A stretch of 64,000 nucleotides of DNA, taken from contig JBAYIY010000002.1 in assembly GCA_041665365.1 (NCBI GenBank), positions 66,178 through 130,177 on the forward strand, in the 5' to 3' direction. This DNA is from Patescibacteria group bacterium. Lineage in GTDB: Bacteria > Patescibacteriota > Patescibacteriia > UBA9570. Position numbers and translations under genes: made by a program. The notes beneath the pieces were generated by a model. That model saw only the letters and a program-made list of their open reading frames with translations, made no database searches and was not told where the DNA came from. This document shows, one piece after another, positions 51,761 through 61,497 of the stretch. How positions within the stretch are numbered: position 1 is the stretch's first letter; every line of letters begins with the position of its first letter.

Positions 51761-52370
51761 TCACCCGACTGTGGGTACTACCATGACTCTCCCATTGTAC
51801 TTCGGCTTTTACTTGTATGCCAATCTGCTGCGATAACGAACCACAATTTTGCTCGTCAGCCGATAATAAAACTTGTGTCACACCACCATCGGTTGAACAG
51901 ATCGGATAAAGGGTGACAAACCGACGATACGGTGTGGTTGTCCAACCACTTCCGGGCGGAGCCAAAAATTGACGATAGAGCCCCGCTCCATTTTGATAAA
52001 TAGTCGCTTGTGTCGCTGTAATACTATCTGATGTAAAATCTAAACTCAGAGCCGTTCCAGGATCACTTAAAGTTTGTTTCCATAAATAGATACCAGTATA
52101 ATCATCTGTTTCAGTGCCACTATGCAGCCCATCATCATACACAACCGTTAGACCATTGTCTCGCTTTAGCCAATTACTATCTCGAATAAACCGTACCGCT
52201 TCCACATTTTCACGCGCCAAATATAAAGCTACGACATCTTGTACCGTAGTATTTGAAGAGGCTTGCGCATTAACTAAAGTGGTGATTAATGTCACCAAAC
52301 CGGTGATAATAATAGTAATCGATAATAACACTTCAATTAATGTTTGACCAACTGAGAGAGAACGATGCAT
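51720..52370 (-). CDS. Type IV minor pilin (PilV-like)
   Basis: GQTLIEVLLSITIIITGL is a prepilin-like N-terminus. Confidence 0.65.
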   Translation of the reverse strand: MHRSLSVGQTLIEVLLSITIIITGLVTLITTLVNAQASSNTTVQDVVALYLARENVEAVRFIRDSNWLKRDNGLTVVYDDGLHSGTETDDYTGIYLWKQTLSDPGTALSLDFTSDSITATQATIYQNGAGLYRQFLAPPGSGWTTTPYRRFVTLYPICSTDGGVTQVLLSADEQNCGSLSQQIGIQVKAEVQWESHGSTHSRVIEEQLYDWKYAQS

Positions 52371-52374
52371 AACT

Positions 52375-52899
52375 TTATTCTATCACAGCCACCGCTGGAT
52401 ATACTTTAATTGTAGAAACAGTCATAGATTTTGGTTCACGGACAGTGAGGATAATGGTATTCGGGTCTAATCCACCGTTATACAATACACTATGGTCTGA
52501 ACTGGTATTAAATTTTATTATACAATCACCTGTTGTACTGACATCGCCATTTTGCTCACACGATAAAACAATGACATTATCCTGTAAAATGGTAGTACTG
52601 AGTGTAGTTGTATCGGCTATTTGTTGTACGGTGCTGCTACCTAATGTAATAGATATACCATAAGCGGTGGGCATAATACCACCACAACAGCTTTGCCCGG
52701 TAAAGGCTTTGGTTCTGGCTAAAATCAATTCGGCACGCACTACATCACTACCATTTTCCAAAGCTTGGGAGGGAGATAAACGCCTCACCTGCATAACAAC
52801 GCCCAATGTTATCACAATTAAAATCGCCAGTGTGACAACTAACTCAACTATAGTGAACCCACTGGGTTGATGTTTAGATTGGCAATTTAAGAAATGCAT
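52375..52899 (-). CDS. Type IV minor pilin / pseudopilin
   Basis: SGFTIVELVVTLAILIVITL is the prepilin motif. Confidence 0.7.
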   Translation of the reverse strand: MHFLNCQSKHQPSGFTIVELVVTLAILIVITLGVVMQVRRLSPSQALENGSDVVRAELILARTKAFTGQSCCGGIMPTAYGISITLGSSTVQQIADTTTLSTTILQDNVIVLSCEQNGDVSTTGDCIIKFNTSSDHSVLYNGGLDPNTIILTVREPKSMTVSTIKVYPAVAVIE

Positions 52900-53647
52900 A
52901 CAAATACCAGTGAACTATTTGATTACCCCATAAAAGTGCTACAACACCGGCTCCGGTTAAAAATGTGCCGAATGGTAATGCATCACCCATTTTTTTTGAT
53001 TTTATTAATAATAATGGTAAGGCTACCAACGCTCCAGCGACGTACGCTAAAAACAAACAGACCACAATGTTTGGCCAGGCTAACATCACACCCAACATCA
53101 CTCCTAAACGAATATCCCCACTCCCCACCCACCGACCTTTTGATAACACATATTGTGCCAAAAATATTCCACCACCTAAAGCCACACCCACACCAATATC
53201 AAACATAGACCCACCCAACAACACCTGACCAATTAGAGCAATAACCATACCAGATAGAGAAAAAACATCTGGTATGGTACTAAACAGATAATCCGATAAA
53301 AATATAGCTAGACAAATTGATACTAAAATCAAGTAAATAGTTAGACGGACGGGGTCGGTATAAAAAAATATCCCTAATAAAATAAATAATCCGGCTGTTA
53401 CCGCTTCAACTAATGGATACTGTACGGAAATTGATTGCTGACAAAATAAACATCTCCCGCGTAATCCAATGTATGATAATAACGGTATTAAGGTATACCA
53501 ATATAAAGTGTGATGGCAATGTGGACACTGTGATCGACCCTGTAATGATTGGGATTGATTGATCCGTAATACTGTTGCATTTACAAAACTGCCAATGGCC
53601 AAACCGGTTAGAGCCAAAAAAACGATGACAAAAATGGTTATATCCAT
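52874..53647 (-). CDS. pilD: Prepilin peptidase (A24 family). The start is probably MDITIF at 53647. The track start at 53701 falls inside palindrome P5.
   Basis: GSFVNATVLRI, a C4 Zn motif (CPHCHH...CLFC), and catalytic Asp-containing TM segments. Confidence 0.8.
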   Translation of the reverse strand: MDITIFVIVFLALTGLAIGSFVNATVLRINQSQSLQGRSQCPHCHHTLYWYTLIPLLSYIGLRGRCLFCQQSISVQYPLVEAVTAGLFILLGIFFYTDPVRLTIYLILVSICLAIFLSDYLFSTIPDVFSLSGMVIALIGQVLLGGSMFDIGVGVALGGGIFLAQYVLSKGRWVGSGDIRLGVMLGVMLAWPNIVVCLFLAYVAGALVALPLLLIKSKKMGDALPFGTFLTGAGVVALLWGNQIVHWYLYAFLKLPI

Positions 53648-53684
53648 GAGGAGATTATACCACATAAAATCATTAGGGAGGCGA

Positions 53685-53726
53685 AAAACCAGTAGAGACA
53701 TGCCATGGCATGTCTCTACTGGTTTT
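53685..53726. terminator. Palindromic element P5, acting as the terminator after major pilin gene pilA-1
   Basis: AAAACCAGTAGAGACATGCC-ATGG-CATGTCTCTACTGGTTTT with T-runs on both sides. It is almost identical to P2. Confidence 0.75.
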
Positions 53727-53743
53727 ATTAATATTTGGATTTC

Positions 53744-54271
53744 TTAATCCGACAAACAATACATTGGATCGACACAATCTAATGCGACGGCACTGTTACC
53801 ATCAGATGATATAAAACTGACTGGGGCTTCCCAACCAGCATCAGCAACGGCATAGGCGTTATCATCATCACCATTTAAGGCATTATGATCAGTTTGTTCT
53901 AATTCTACCGCGACAAAATACTCGATTCCGGCTGCATTAGTGCCATAAGTGTATACATATGGGCTAGTATTAGTCGGATCGATTGGTAAAGCGGTTGTGT
54001 AAGGATCGAGTGATGTGCCAAATTCAGTCCAGGTGGTGTTATTAACATCATCGGTTAATGGGTAAGTGTTGTTTTCTCTATAATATATCTCTACCGCATT
54101 CTGAATTTGTTTCACATCAGCTAACCGTTTGGTATCCCGCGCTTTACGTTGCGCCGTAGTTAATGAAACTATAGCTAAAGTGGCTAATAAACCAATAATC
54201 GCGATCACGATTAAAAGTTCGATCAAGGTAAAACCTTGAGTTTGGTCAGTTTGTGTCCTCTTAAAGGTCAT
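53744..54271 (-). CDS. pilA: Type IV pilin (major pilin, PilA-like), copy 1
   Basis: TQGFTLIELLIVIAIIGLLATLAIVS is the class III signal peptide. Confidence 0.85.
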   Translation of the reverse strand: MTFKRTQTDQTQGFTLIELLIVIAIIGLLATLAIVSLTTAQRKARDTKRLADVKQIQNAVEIYYRENNTYPLTDDVNNTTWTEFGTSLDPYTTALPIDPTNTSPYVYTYGTNAAGIEYFVAVELEQTDHNALNGDDDNAYAVADAGWEAPVSFISSDGNSAVALDCVDPMYCLSD

Positions 54272-54300
54272 AACAGATTTGTTATTGATTAATTGCTGTG

Positions 54301-54327
54301 ATTATAGCATAAATGTGAAAAAGACAA
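54301..54327 (-). promoter_or_regulatory. Sigma70-type promoter for pilA-1
   Basis: Minus strand: TTGTCT, a 15-nt spacer, then TGCTATAAT (perfect -10 with TG), about 30 nt upstream of the ATG. Confidence 0.5.
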
Positions 54328-54434
54328 AAGGATCGCTGAAAAGATGAAGGGTCTGAAAACGCTGAAGAAGATTTATTTATATTACATTCTTTTTCAGCGT
54401 TTTCATGTCTTATTCATCTATTCAGCGATCCTTT
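54327..54434. repeat. Long imperfect inverted repeat (arms of about 45 nt, loop of 18 nt) between the two pilin paralogs
   Basis: AAAGGATCGCTGAAAAGATGAAGGGTCTGAAAACGCTGAAGAAG ... CTTTTTCAGCGTTTTCATGTCTTATTCATCTATTCAGCGATCCTTT. Confidence 0.7.
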
Positions 54435-54447
54435 CCCACAAAAACCA

Positions 54448-54476
54448 ACAGAGACGCCCCACCGGGACGTCTCTGT
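54448..54476. terminator. Palindromic element P6 (GAGACG variant), the terminator after pilA-2
   Basis: ACAGAGACGCCCCACCGGGACGTCTCTGT followed on the minus strand by GTTGGTTTTTG. Confidence 0.7.
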
Positions 54477-54503
54477 ACACTTGATGACATTATTTATTAA
54501 ACA

Positions 54504-55046
54504 TCACTCAGAAGCACAATAGATTGGATCGGCACAACTAAATGTGTTCAAGTCAGTAGCGCCAGTATCATTAGATGATACATAATCAACACCGGCAAGC
54601 CAGCCTGCAGTAGTGCCGACTATATAACTACCATCATCATCTCCACTTAAAGCAGTGTGACTGGTATCTTCTAACTTAGCACCGATAAAATACTCTGTAC
54701 CGACTGAGTTAGCACCATACGTATATATTGATGTACCACTATTTGTTGGATCAACCGGTATATTAGTAATGTAATTACCAATGCCAGTTGTAGACCCGAA
54801 TTCAGTCCATGTTTCGTTAGTAGTATCTGTGCTTAATGGATAAGCTGAACTTTCACTATAAAACAACTCCACAGCATTCTGTAGTTGTTTCACATCAGCT
54901 AAACGTTTGGTGTCACGGGCTTTACGTTGCGCCGTGGTTAACGACACGATGGCTAAGGTGGCTAATAAACCGATAATCGCGATAACGATTAAAAGTTCGA
55001 TCAAGGTAAAACCTTGTTCATTTGTTTGTGTACGACTTATTGTCAT
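54504..55046 (-). CDS. pilA: Type IV pilin (PilA-like), copy 2
   Basis: The N-terminal 60 aa are nearly identical to copy 1 (EQGFTLIELLIVIAIIGLLATLAIVSLTTAQRKARDTKRLADVKQ). The C-terminal half is divergent. Confidence 0.85.
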   Translation of the reverse strand: MTISRTQTNEQGFTLIELLIVIAIIGLLATLAIVSLTTAQRKARDTKRLADVKQLQNAVELFYSESSAYPLSTDTTNETWTEFGSTTGIGNYITNIPVDPTNSGTSIYTYGANSVGTEYFIGAKLEDTSHTALSGDDDGSYIVGTTAGWLAGVDYVSSNDTGATDLNTFSCADPIYCASE

Positions 55047-55085
55047 AGCAAATTTATTAAGGATTTGATTAGTTAATATATCGAT

Positions 55086-55114
55086 AGTATACCATACCGC
55101 TTAAACCTAAGCAA
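55086..55114 (-). promoter_or_regulatory. Sigma70-type promoter for pilA-2
   Basis: Minus strand: TTGCTT, a 17-nt spacer, then TATACT. Confidence 0.45.
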
Positions 55115-55123
55115 TAGTCCGCC

Positions 55124-56335
55124 TTAGGAAATGGTATTGGTGGCACCATAAATTGGCGCTAAAATCCCATAGACCATAATGAATGCCCCTACCCCAAGAG
55201 TGATAATAATAATCGGTTCGATTAAACTGGTGATATTACTCAAACTAGTATCAACCTCTTGCACATAAAAATTGCCTAACTTCATTAAGATAGCATCAAG
55301 CTTGCCGGTTTCTTCACCGACACTCATCATCTGTGCCACCATGGGCGGAATGACGGTGCTCTTTAAAAAAGACGCCGAGATAGCGTTACCGGCTTCAACT
55401 TCCTTGATAGTATGAATTATTAAATCTTTATACACAGAATTACTGACAATATCAGCCACAATATTAAGAGCCGTTGGTAAGGGCACACCACTGCTGAGTA
55501 AATTGGATAAACTGATGGCAAACCGACCGAGCACAATACGCTGATAAATCGGTCCAATAATAGGCGCTTTGATTTTGAAATAATCAACCGAATAACGACC
55601 GCTCTCGGTACTGATAAAAAATCTGAAACCCACCACCGTACCCACGACAAGTATTAATATTAACCACCAAAAATGTTGTAAAGCATAACTCGCTCCAATC
55701 ATAATCTGGGTTGGTAAAGGTATTTTGGCACCGCTTTGGGTAATAATTTCTGTAATGGGCGGAACAACATAAATTAACATGATAACGCCCACCGCCAACA
55801 TCACACTAATAATAAACGCCGGATAAATCATGGCCCCGCGCACCCGACTCATGAGAGCGTAATCTTTTTCTTTTTGCGTAGCTAAATACTCAAAGACCTC
55901 ATCCAACCGGCCAGTGGTTTCACCGGCGCGAATCATGTGGGTAAAAAATTGATCAAACACTTTTGGATACTTCCCCATCGCGGTGGATAACTTAGCACCC
56001 CCATCCACTTCAGAGGCGACATCAGCGATAATCTTTTTTAAGAAATTATTTTCCGTTTGGCGAGTTAATATTTTTAGAGCGCGCACTACTGGCACAGTAG
56101 CATTAATTAAAACTGATAATTGTCTGGCAAAAAAAGTGATATCCCGCACGGAAATGCGGTGCGAAAACTGTTCCCATCGTTCCGCTAGTGTGATTGTGGA
56201 ACGTTCAGCTAATTCGATAACAATCAGTTGCCGTTCACGTAATTCTTCGTTAGCCACATCTAAACTTGGTGCTTCAATCACCCCTTTGGTTAATTGACCT
56301 TGAGCCGAGCGCGCTTTATAAACAAACAGTGCCAT
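55124..56335 (-). CDS. pilC: Type IV pilus platform protein PilC (GspF family)
   Basis: Two GspF repeats with 3 TM helices; conserved position. Confidence 0.85.
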   Translation of the reverse strand: MALFVYKARSAQGQLTKGVIEAPSLDVANEELRERQLIVIELAERSTITLAERWEQFSHRISVRDITFFARQLSVLINATVPVVRALKILTRQTENNFLKKIIADVASEVDGGAKLSTAMGKYPKVFDQFFTHMIRAGETTGRLDEVFEYLATQKEKDYALMSRVRGAMIYPAFIISVMLAVGVIMLIYVVPPITEIITQSGAKIPLPTQIMIGASYALQHFWWLILILVVGTVVGFRFFISTESGRYSVDYFKIKAPIIGPIYQRIVLGRFAISLSNLLSSGVPLPTALNIVADIVSNSVYKDLIIHTIKEVEAGNAISASFLKSTVIPPMVAQMMSVGEETGKLDAILMKLGNFYVQEVDTSLSNITSLIEPIIIITLGVGAFIMVYGILAPIYGATNTIS

Positions 56336-56341
56336 ATTATG

Positions 56342-57337
56342 TTAAGTCAATGATTGATCAAAGGTTATCATACCATCATTCCGGCCACTTTCAATCAACA
56401 TACCGATTTTATCAAATGAATCTTTTTTAATAACTGTTATCGTAGCGGCATTTTTGCGCAGTACTTCACAGGCGATGGTCACTTGTCCCCCGACATTGGT
56501 TTGTTTTAGCGCTATCACCGCTTCTAATTGATTACTTAAAACTTCCCGAATACTGGCTTGTTCATCCATCCGGAAACAATTTACAATGCTTGATAAAGCA
56601 GAGGCAACATTTGGTGACAATACTTCTAAGATAACTAATTTACCTGATTGCACGATCTGTAGAACTGTCCGCACAACACTGGCATCAATCGGTACATTAA
56701 CTGTCACGATATCTATATCTTCTTGATATAATCTGGATAAAGCACTCGGCATATCTGACACATCTGTGCCCACTTCCACTTGCTCAATGATTGATTTATT
56801 GTCGGTAAAACGATATTCAATCGGCTGTTCGAAGGTCATAATGTGTGCCGCTAATGTCTGGTTGTATTCTTCAACCATACCAGATACCAGGGTGCTTTTA
56901 CCCGTGCCGTATGTTCCGGCTACAACAATCAAACCTTGTTTTATGGAGACACATTGTTTTACGGCATCATGAATTGTCCAACGTGTTAAGGGTTGCACCA
57001 CAGCCGGTATTAAACGAAAACTGGCACTGATATTCCCCTGCTGGGCATAGGCGTGAAATTTATACCGTGTCTTACCTTTAAAGGTTAATGTTACTAAAAT
57101 ATCTTTCTTTAACTGAAATTGTTCCCACTGTTGATCGGATAGTAGGGCTTGCACCACAGTAATAATAAAATCATTCGTTAATAATGGTTCACTGGTTAAA
57201 GGTTGGATACGTCCGGCAATACGCAGACTAGGTGGATTAGCGACGGTTAAATGCAAATCAGAGGCTTTGTATTCAGCTACACTAGCTAGCAATTTGGTCA
57301 GACGTAATTCAGTTGTGGTATCAAGTAAACCTGGCAT
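56342..57337 (-). CDS. pilT: Type IV pilus retraction ATPase PilT-like
   Basis: Walker A (GTYGTGKSTL), a PilT-size protein (331 aa) and AHIMTFEQPIEY. Confidence 0.8.
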   Translation of the reverse strand: MPGLLDTTTELRLTKLLASVAEYKASDLHLTVANPPSLRIAGRIQPLTSEPLLTNDFIITVVQALLSDQQWEQFQLKKDILVTLTFKGKTRYKFHAYAQQGNISASFRLIPAVVQPLTRWTIHDAVKQCVSIKQGLIVVAGTYGTGKSTLVSGMVEEYNQTLAAHIMTFEQPIEYRFTDNKSIIEQVEVGTDVSDMPSALSRLYQEDIDIVTVNVPIDASVVRTVLQIVQSGKLVILEVLSPNVASALSSIVNCFRMDEQASIREVLSNQLEAVIALKQTNVGGQVTIACEVLRKNAATITVIKKDSFDKIGMLIESGRNDGMITFDQSLT

Positions 57338-57345
57338 ATTATGTG

Positions 57346-59064
57346 TTATATTTTAGTAGCATTCCAAACTTCCTCCAGCGTGGTCAACCCACGCAGCGCT
57401 TTAATTAAACCATCTTGGCGAATTGTGAACATACCCTGAGCCTTTTGCTCGGCACTAATCTGATCGGCATCGTTGACACCACCATCACTAATTAATTTAC
57501 GTAATGAGGGTGTGTTTTCTAAAACTTCACAAATCGCAATCCGACCATGATACCCACTATCCTCACAGAAACTACAGCCTTTACCTTGATACAGTTTAAA
57601 CGGCGGCAATAATGTTACATCTCTCGGTAAGTAACTGATGGGCATGGTTTTTATTTCGGCCATCATTTCCGTTGCGCGATTTTTATCGACCGTAATGGGT
57701 TGTTTGCAATGTTCACAAATTTTTCGCACCAACCGTTGCGCTACAATCAAGCTGAGGGCACTAGCCACCAAGAAAGGTTCTACGGCCATATCAACCAAAC
57801 GTGGAATCGCGCCAAAGGCATCATTAGTGTGCAAAGTGGATAAAACTTTATGGCCGGTTAGAGCCGCGTGAATGGCTAACTCGGCGGTTTCGTTATCACG
57901 AATTTCTCCCACCATAATCACGTCTGGATCCTGCCGCAACACGGAGCGTAAACCATTGGCAAAGGTTAAACCAATTTCCGGACGCATCTGTGATTGCGCA
58001 ATACCAGGTAGATTATACTCCACCGGGTCTTCTAAAGTAATGATATTCACCCCCTCTTGGTTTAACATCACCAACATGGAATACAGTGAGGTACTTTTAC
58101 CAGACCCGGTTGGGCCGGTGACTAAAATTAAACCGTGTGGATCAAGTAAATGTTTATTGATGCGATCTAAACTATGATCGGTAAAACCAAGATTCTGTAA
58201 AGTCACCACACTGGCTGAAGTATCCAAAATACGCATCACCACTTTCTCATTATCCAGTAATGGTAAAGTCGAGACCCGAAATTCGATATCGCGTCCATCA
58301 AAGCGCATTTTGAAACGCCCATCTTGCGGTAAACGGGTTTCATCTAATTTCATATTAGATAATACTTTAATACGCGCAATTAATGATTTATGTACTTTTA
58401 AGGGCAACACCAATGAGGTATGCAGCACCCCATCCATGCGGTAACGCACGCGTGATTCTTTACCGACTGGTTCAATGTGTACATCCGAGGCTTTCCCTTC
58501 AATGGCATGTTTTAGAATCACTTGAACCATTTTAGTCACCGGTGCTGTGTGCATCACTTCACCCGCTGCCACTTCAGTTTCACTCGTTAAATCCACATCA
58601 TCAGTCGTGGTATTGGCAATGGCTTGCTGCACAGAACTATCCATATTGCCATATTGATGTAATACCTGTCGCACCGATTCTGTCGTGGCACTGAAATATT
58701 GAAACCGCAGTCGCTCTTGCCGACCAATAAAATCTAACACCTCCACTGCGCGAAAATCTTCCGGATTAACACACGCCACACTAACTATTCCACCCTCTAG
58801 TTTAAACGGCACCAACTGATAATTTTCCGCAATCTCCGGTGGAATAACGTGTAAGACATCGGTTGGTACCTGCTGCCCTTCTAAATTGACATATTGGATA
58901 CTCAAAACAGCCGCTTTGGCTTGAGCCACTTGTTCAGCTGTCGCTAAATGATTCGTCTCTAGTTTAGCTAAAATTTCAGCTTGATCCGTACCGGTCGGTA
59001 TGGCCGTAATAATATGTTGCGCCAACAGGTACTGTAAAACTGAAGTGATGAAATTATTCGGCAT
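57346..59064 (-). CDS. pilB: Type IV pilus assembly ATPase PilB (GspE family)
   Basis: N-terminal GSPII_E_N domain, Walker A (GPTGSGKST) and a tetra-Cys motif (CEHC...CSFCEDSG). Confidence 0.9.
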   Translation of the reverse strand: MPNNFITSVLQYLLAQHIITAIPTGTDQAEILAKLETNHLATAEQVAQAKAAVLSIQYVNLEGQQVPTDVLHVIPPEIAENYQLVPFKLEGGIVSVACVNPEDFRAVEVLDFIGRQERLRFQYFSATTESVRQVLHQYGNMDSSVQQAIANTTTDDVDLTSETEVAAGEVMHTAPVTKMVQVILKHAIEGKASDVHIEPVGKESRVRYRMDGVLHTSLVLPLKVHKSLIARIKVLSNMKLDETRLPQDGRFKMRFDGRDIEFRVSTLPLLDNEKVVMRILDTSASVVTLQNLGFTDHSLDRINKHLLDPHGLILVTGPTGSGKSTSLYSMLVMLNQEGVNIITLEDPVEYNLPGIAQSQMRPEIGLTFANGLRSVLRQDPDVIMVGEIRDNETAELAIHAALTGHKVLSTLHTNDAFGAIPRLVDMAVEPFLVASALSLIVAQRLVRKICEHCKQPITVDKNRATEMMAEIKTMPISYLPRDVTLLPPFKLYQGKGCSFCEDSGYHGRIAICEVLENTPSLRKLISDGGVNDADQISAEQKAQGMFTIRQDGLIKALRGLTTLEEVWNATKI

Positions 59065-59953
59065 TGGGTGTTTTCTCTGGCGTCAAAAATGGTGCGGCGT
59101 GCCCTGGTTGAGTAGTCATAATACTTTTAGTCGATTCGTTCTTGGCCTGATCTAAGGCTGTAACGGTGTAATAATATGATACCCCGGGTGTGACATTGGT
59201 ATCACGGGCTGACCAAACATCAATTGTGGTTTCCACTAACATTTGGCCTAATTGGCCGGCGGTGGTTGACCGATATAAGCGATAAGCCGTGACATCACTG
59301 CTTTGGCTGGCTTGCCAAGTGATCAATAAGGCTGTGTCTGTAGTATCAGATACAACTGATACTACTAATGGTGCCGCCGGTGGTGTGACATCAGTTGGAA
59401 TAACTGTCACTGGACTACTCCACTCAGAGTAAACTTTTGTACTAGTGGCATCCAGATTATAAGATCTTAATGTATAAGAATATTTAGTATTATTTATAAT
59501 TGTAGTATCAAAATAACTACCTTGTTTGCCCAAACCATCGGTGACAATAACTTGTTCATCACGCTTTATTTCGATGCCAGTATAATCTTGCCCTAATGGT
59601 ACCGACCATTGAATTAGCACGCGGTTGCCCAATTTTGTATCCAGGGCTGAAATTTGGGTTGGCGGCAAAGGCACTCCAATCTTATTGGCAATACCAGACA
59701 TTTGTTTAGCAAAATCCGGTGAATAATTTCCTTGATGATCAAACCACTGTCCGGATAAAACATTGGCCACCGGTAAATTGCTGACAACTTGAGCTTGCGT
59801 GGCCGTGGGCGCTGTTTGCTGAATAACATTAAACTGATCGGCTCGGCGCAACAAATACAGTTGCACCCCACCAATCCCTGCCGCTAACAAGCTCACGGTC
59901 ATGAGTAGAATCACGCTCCAGCGTAAAAAATGAACGCGGCGTTGGACACTCAT
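59054..59953 (-). CDS. Membrane-anchored protein with a fibronectin-III-like domain, of unknown function, within the pilus locus
   Basis: N-terminal TM segment, then YRLYRSTTAGQLG...YYYTVTALDQAKNES (FN3-like). Confidence 0.5.
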   Translation of the reverse strand: MSVQRRVHFLRWSVILLMTVSLLAAGIGGVQLYLLRRADQFNVIQQTAPTATQAQVVSNLPVANVLSGQWFDHQGNYSPDFAKQMSGIANKIGVPLPPTQISALDTKLGNRVLIQWSVPLGQDYTGIEIKRDEQVIVTDGLGKQGSYFDTTIINNTKYSYTLRSYNLDATSTKVYSEWSSPVTVIPTDVTPPAAPLVVSVVSDTTDTALLITWQASQSSDVTAYRLYRSTTAGQLGQMLVETTIDVWSARDTNVTPGVSYYYTVTALDQAKNESTKSIMTTQPGHAAPFLTPEKTPNAE

Positions 59954-60528
59954 AAGGTGGGTGTGCGTTGATAAGTTTTTAACACAAATGTAAAGCTCGT
60001 TGTGCCCGGGCTGTAAGCCAAACTATCCAGTGTCATCAAATGTGGATATTGTTCCAAGTGACGAACGAGGGCTTTAAAATCTTCATATGTTACCTCTTCA
60101 GACGTCGCCGTCACATTAAGACTAAGAGTGACCGGCTCATAGATAGTTGGTGGTTCATTAGGTGTGGCTGAAACGTTGACACTATCAACCACAAACTGAG
60201 TACCCGATAATAATTGTTCCATTTCAGCATAAACTAACCCTTCGCTGTACTGCGCTGGTAATATCACATCCACCACCCTAAAAACTCTCCGATCAAGTTG
60301 CTCATAATTAGTTTGCATGGCGTCTAATTGCTTCACATACAACTGATGCTGACTAATAATATCGATAATATTGCTATAGGTCACACTGCCGGCCGTTTGC
60401 ATGCGTTGATATTGTGGCCACAGTAAACCATAGCCTAACCCACCCACAATAATAATAATAAATACTAACGCGACATAACTATAATAGCGCTGTAACCATA
60501 AATTAAATTGTTCACTGCGACTGTTCAT
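59950..60528 (-). CDS. pilO: Type IV pilus assembly protein PilO-like
   Basis: N-terminal TM segment plus a PilO-like periplasmic domain; positioned between pilN and the FN3 protein. Confidence 0.6.
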   Translation of the reverse strand: MNSRSEQFNLWLQRYYSYVALVFIIIIVGGLGYGLLWPQYQRMQTAGSVTYSNIIDIISQHQLYVKQLDAMQTNYEQLDRRVFRVVDVILPAQYSEGLVYAEMEQLLSGTQFVVDSVNVSATPNEPPTIYEPVTLSLNVTATSEEVTYEDFKALVRHLEQYPHLMTLDSLAYSPGTTSFTFVLKTYQRTPTL

Positions 60529-61492
60529 AGGCTCCGTTGGGTTGGAATTTTAAGACGGCTGGATCAACCTGCAAACTTAAATTAAACTGCACTCCACTAT
60601 CCGATCGTGACACATTGGTCACACTAACTTCTGTTACCGCTGGATTATTCCGCCACACGGCCAACTGTTGTGTAATGGTAGTAAAATCTGGTGCCACAGC
60701 TTGTAAAGTCATAACGCCACTAGCATTACCAGAAAATCCGGAATAGCCCACACTCGGTAAAGTAGTTTGTTCTAACATTTGCAACCATTGTGTCCAATAC
60801 ATTTGCTGATCCAATAAACCTTGTACCGCCACTAAAGTGTCATTAGTGGCGTTCACTTCATTTTGTAATGTTGTGTAGGTTAATATTTTTTGATCAACCA
60901 CATTCAATTCTTCAATCGCCGCTTGCGCTTTAAATAGAAACCACGCTTGATACCCCACCATACCTAAATACACTAAGGTGACTAACAAAACCGTGACCGT
61001 ACTCAGCCGCAATAACCGATATAAACTAGCCTGCTGTTGGAGTGGCTGTTGAATGGAATTGGGGAGTAAATTTACACCGATCGCTCCCGGTACCAGTGCA
61101 GCCGGCTGCGTCATGGCACCACGCATATGGCTAACATTTTGCGCTACAACTTCACCCACATTGGTGGCATGACGTGATGATGCCGCCATTGGTGTAGGCG
61201 CTGGTATAGGTGTAGGCGCCGGAGCCGCCGGTGGAGTTGGTTTCACTACTGGTTTTACTGGAACTAGTGGAACAGGTGGAGTCGGTAAAACCAGTGCCAC
61301 CGGTTTTGGTTGAACCGGTGCCACTGGTAAAGCTACTGGTGCCGGAACAGGCGGCGGTGGAGCCGGTGGTAATTGCTGTGGTTTAACTGGTGTCACAGGT
61401 TGAGTACTACCTGGTGCGGTATATTCAACCTCATACGCACCAGGCTTGGTTGACGACCGTTTGTTGCTTGTGCTAATAAAATCCACTGCCAT
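60512..61492 (-). CDS. pilN: Type IV pilus assembly protein PilN-like with a Pro-rich N-terminal region
   Basis: The PAPPPPVPAPVALPVAPVQPK... stretch is followed by a TM segment and a PilN-like domain. Confidence 0.6.
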   Translation of the reverse strand: MAVDFISTSNKRSSTKPGAYEVEYTAPGSTQPVTPVKPQQLPPAPPPPVPAPVALPVAPVQPKPVALVLPTPPVPLVPVKPVVKPTPPAAPAPTPIPAPTPMAASSRHATNVGEVVAQNVSHMRGAMTQPAALVPGAIGVNLLPNSIQQPLQQQASLYRLLRLSTVTVLLVTLVYLGMVGYQAWFLFKAQAAIEELNVVDQKILTYTTLQNEVNATNDTLVAVQGLLDQQMYWTQWLQMLEQTTLPSVGYSGFSGNASGVMTLQAVAPDFTTITQQLAVWRNNPAVTEVSVTNVSRSDSGVQFNLSLQVDPAVLKFQPNGAYEQSQ

Positions 61493-61497
61493 AGCAG

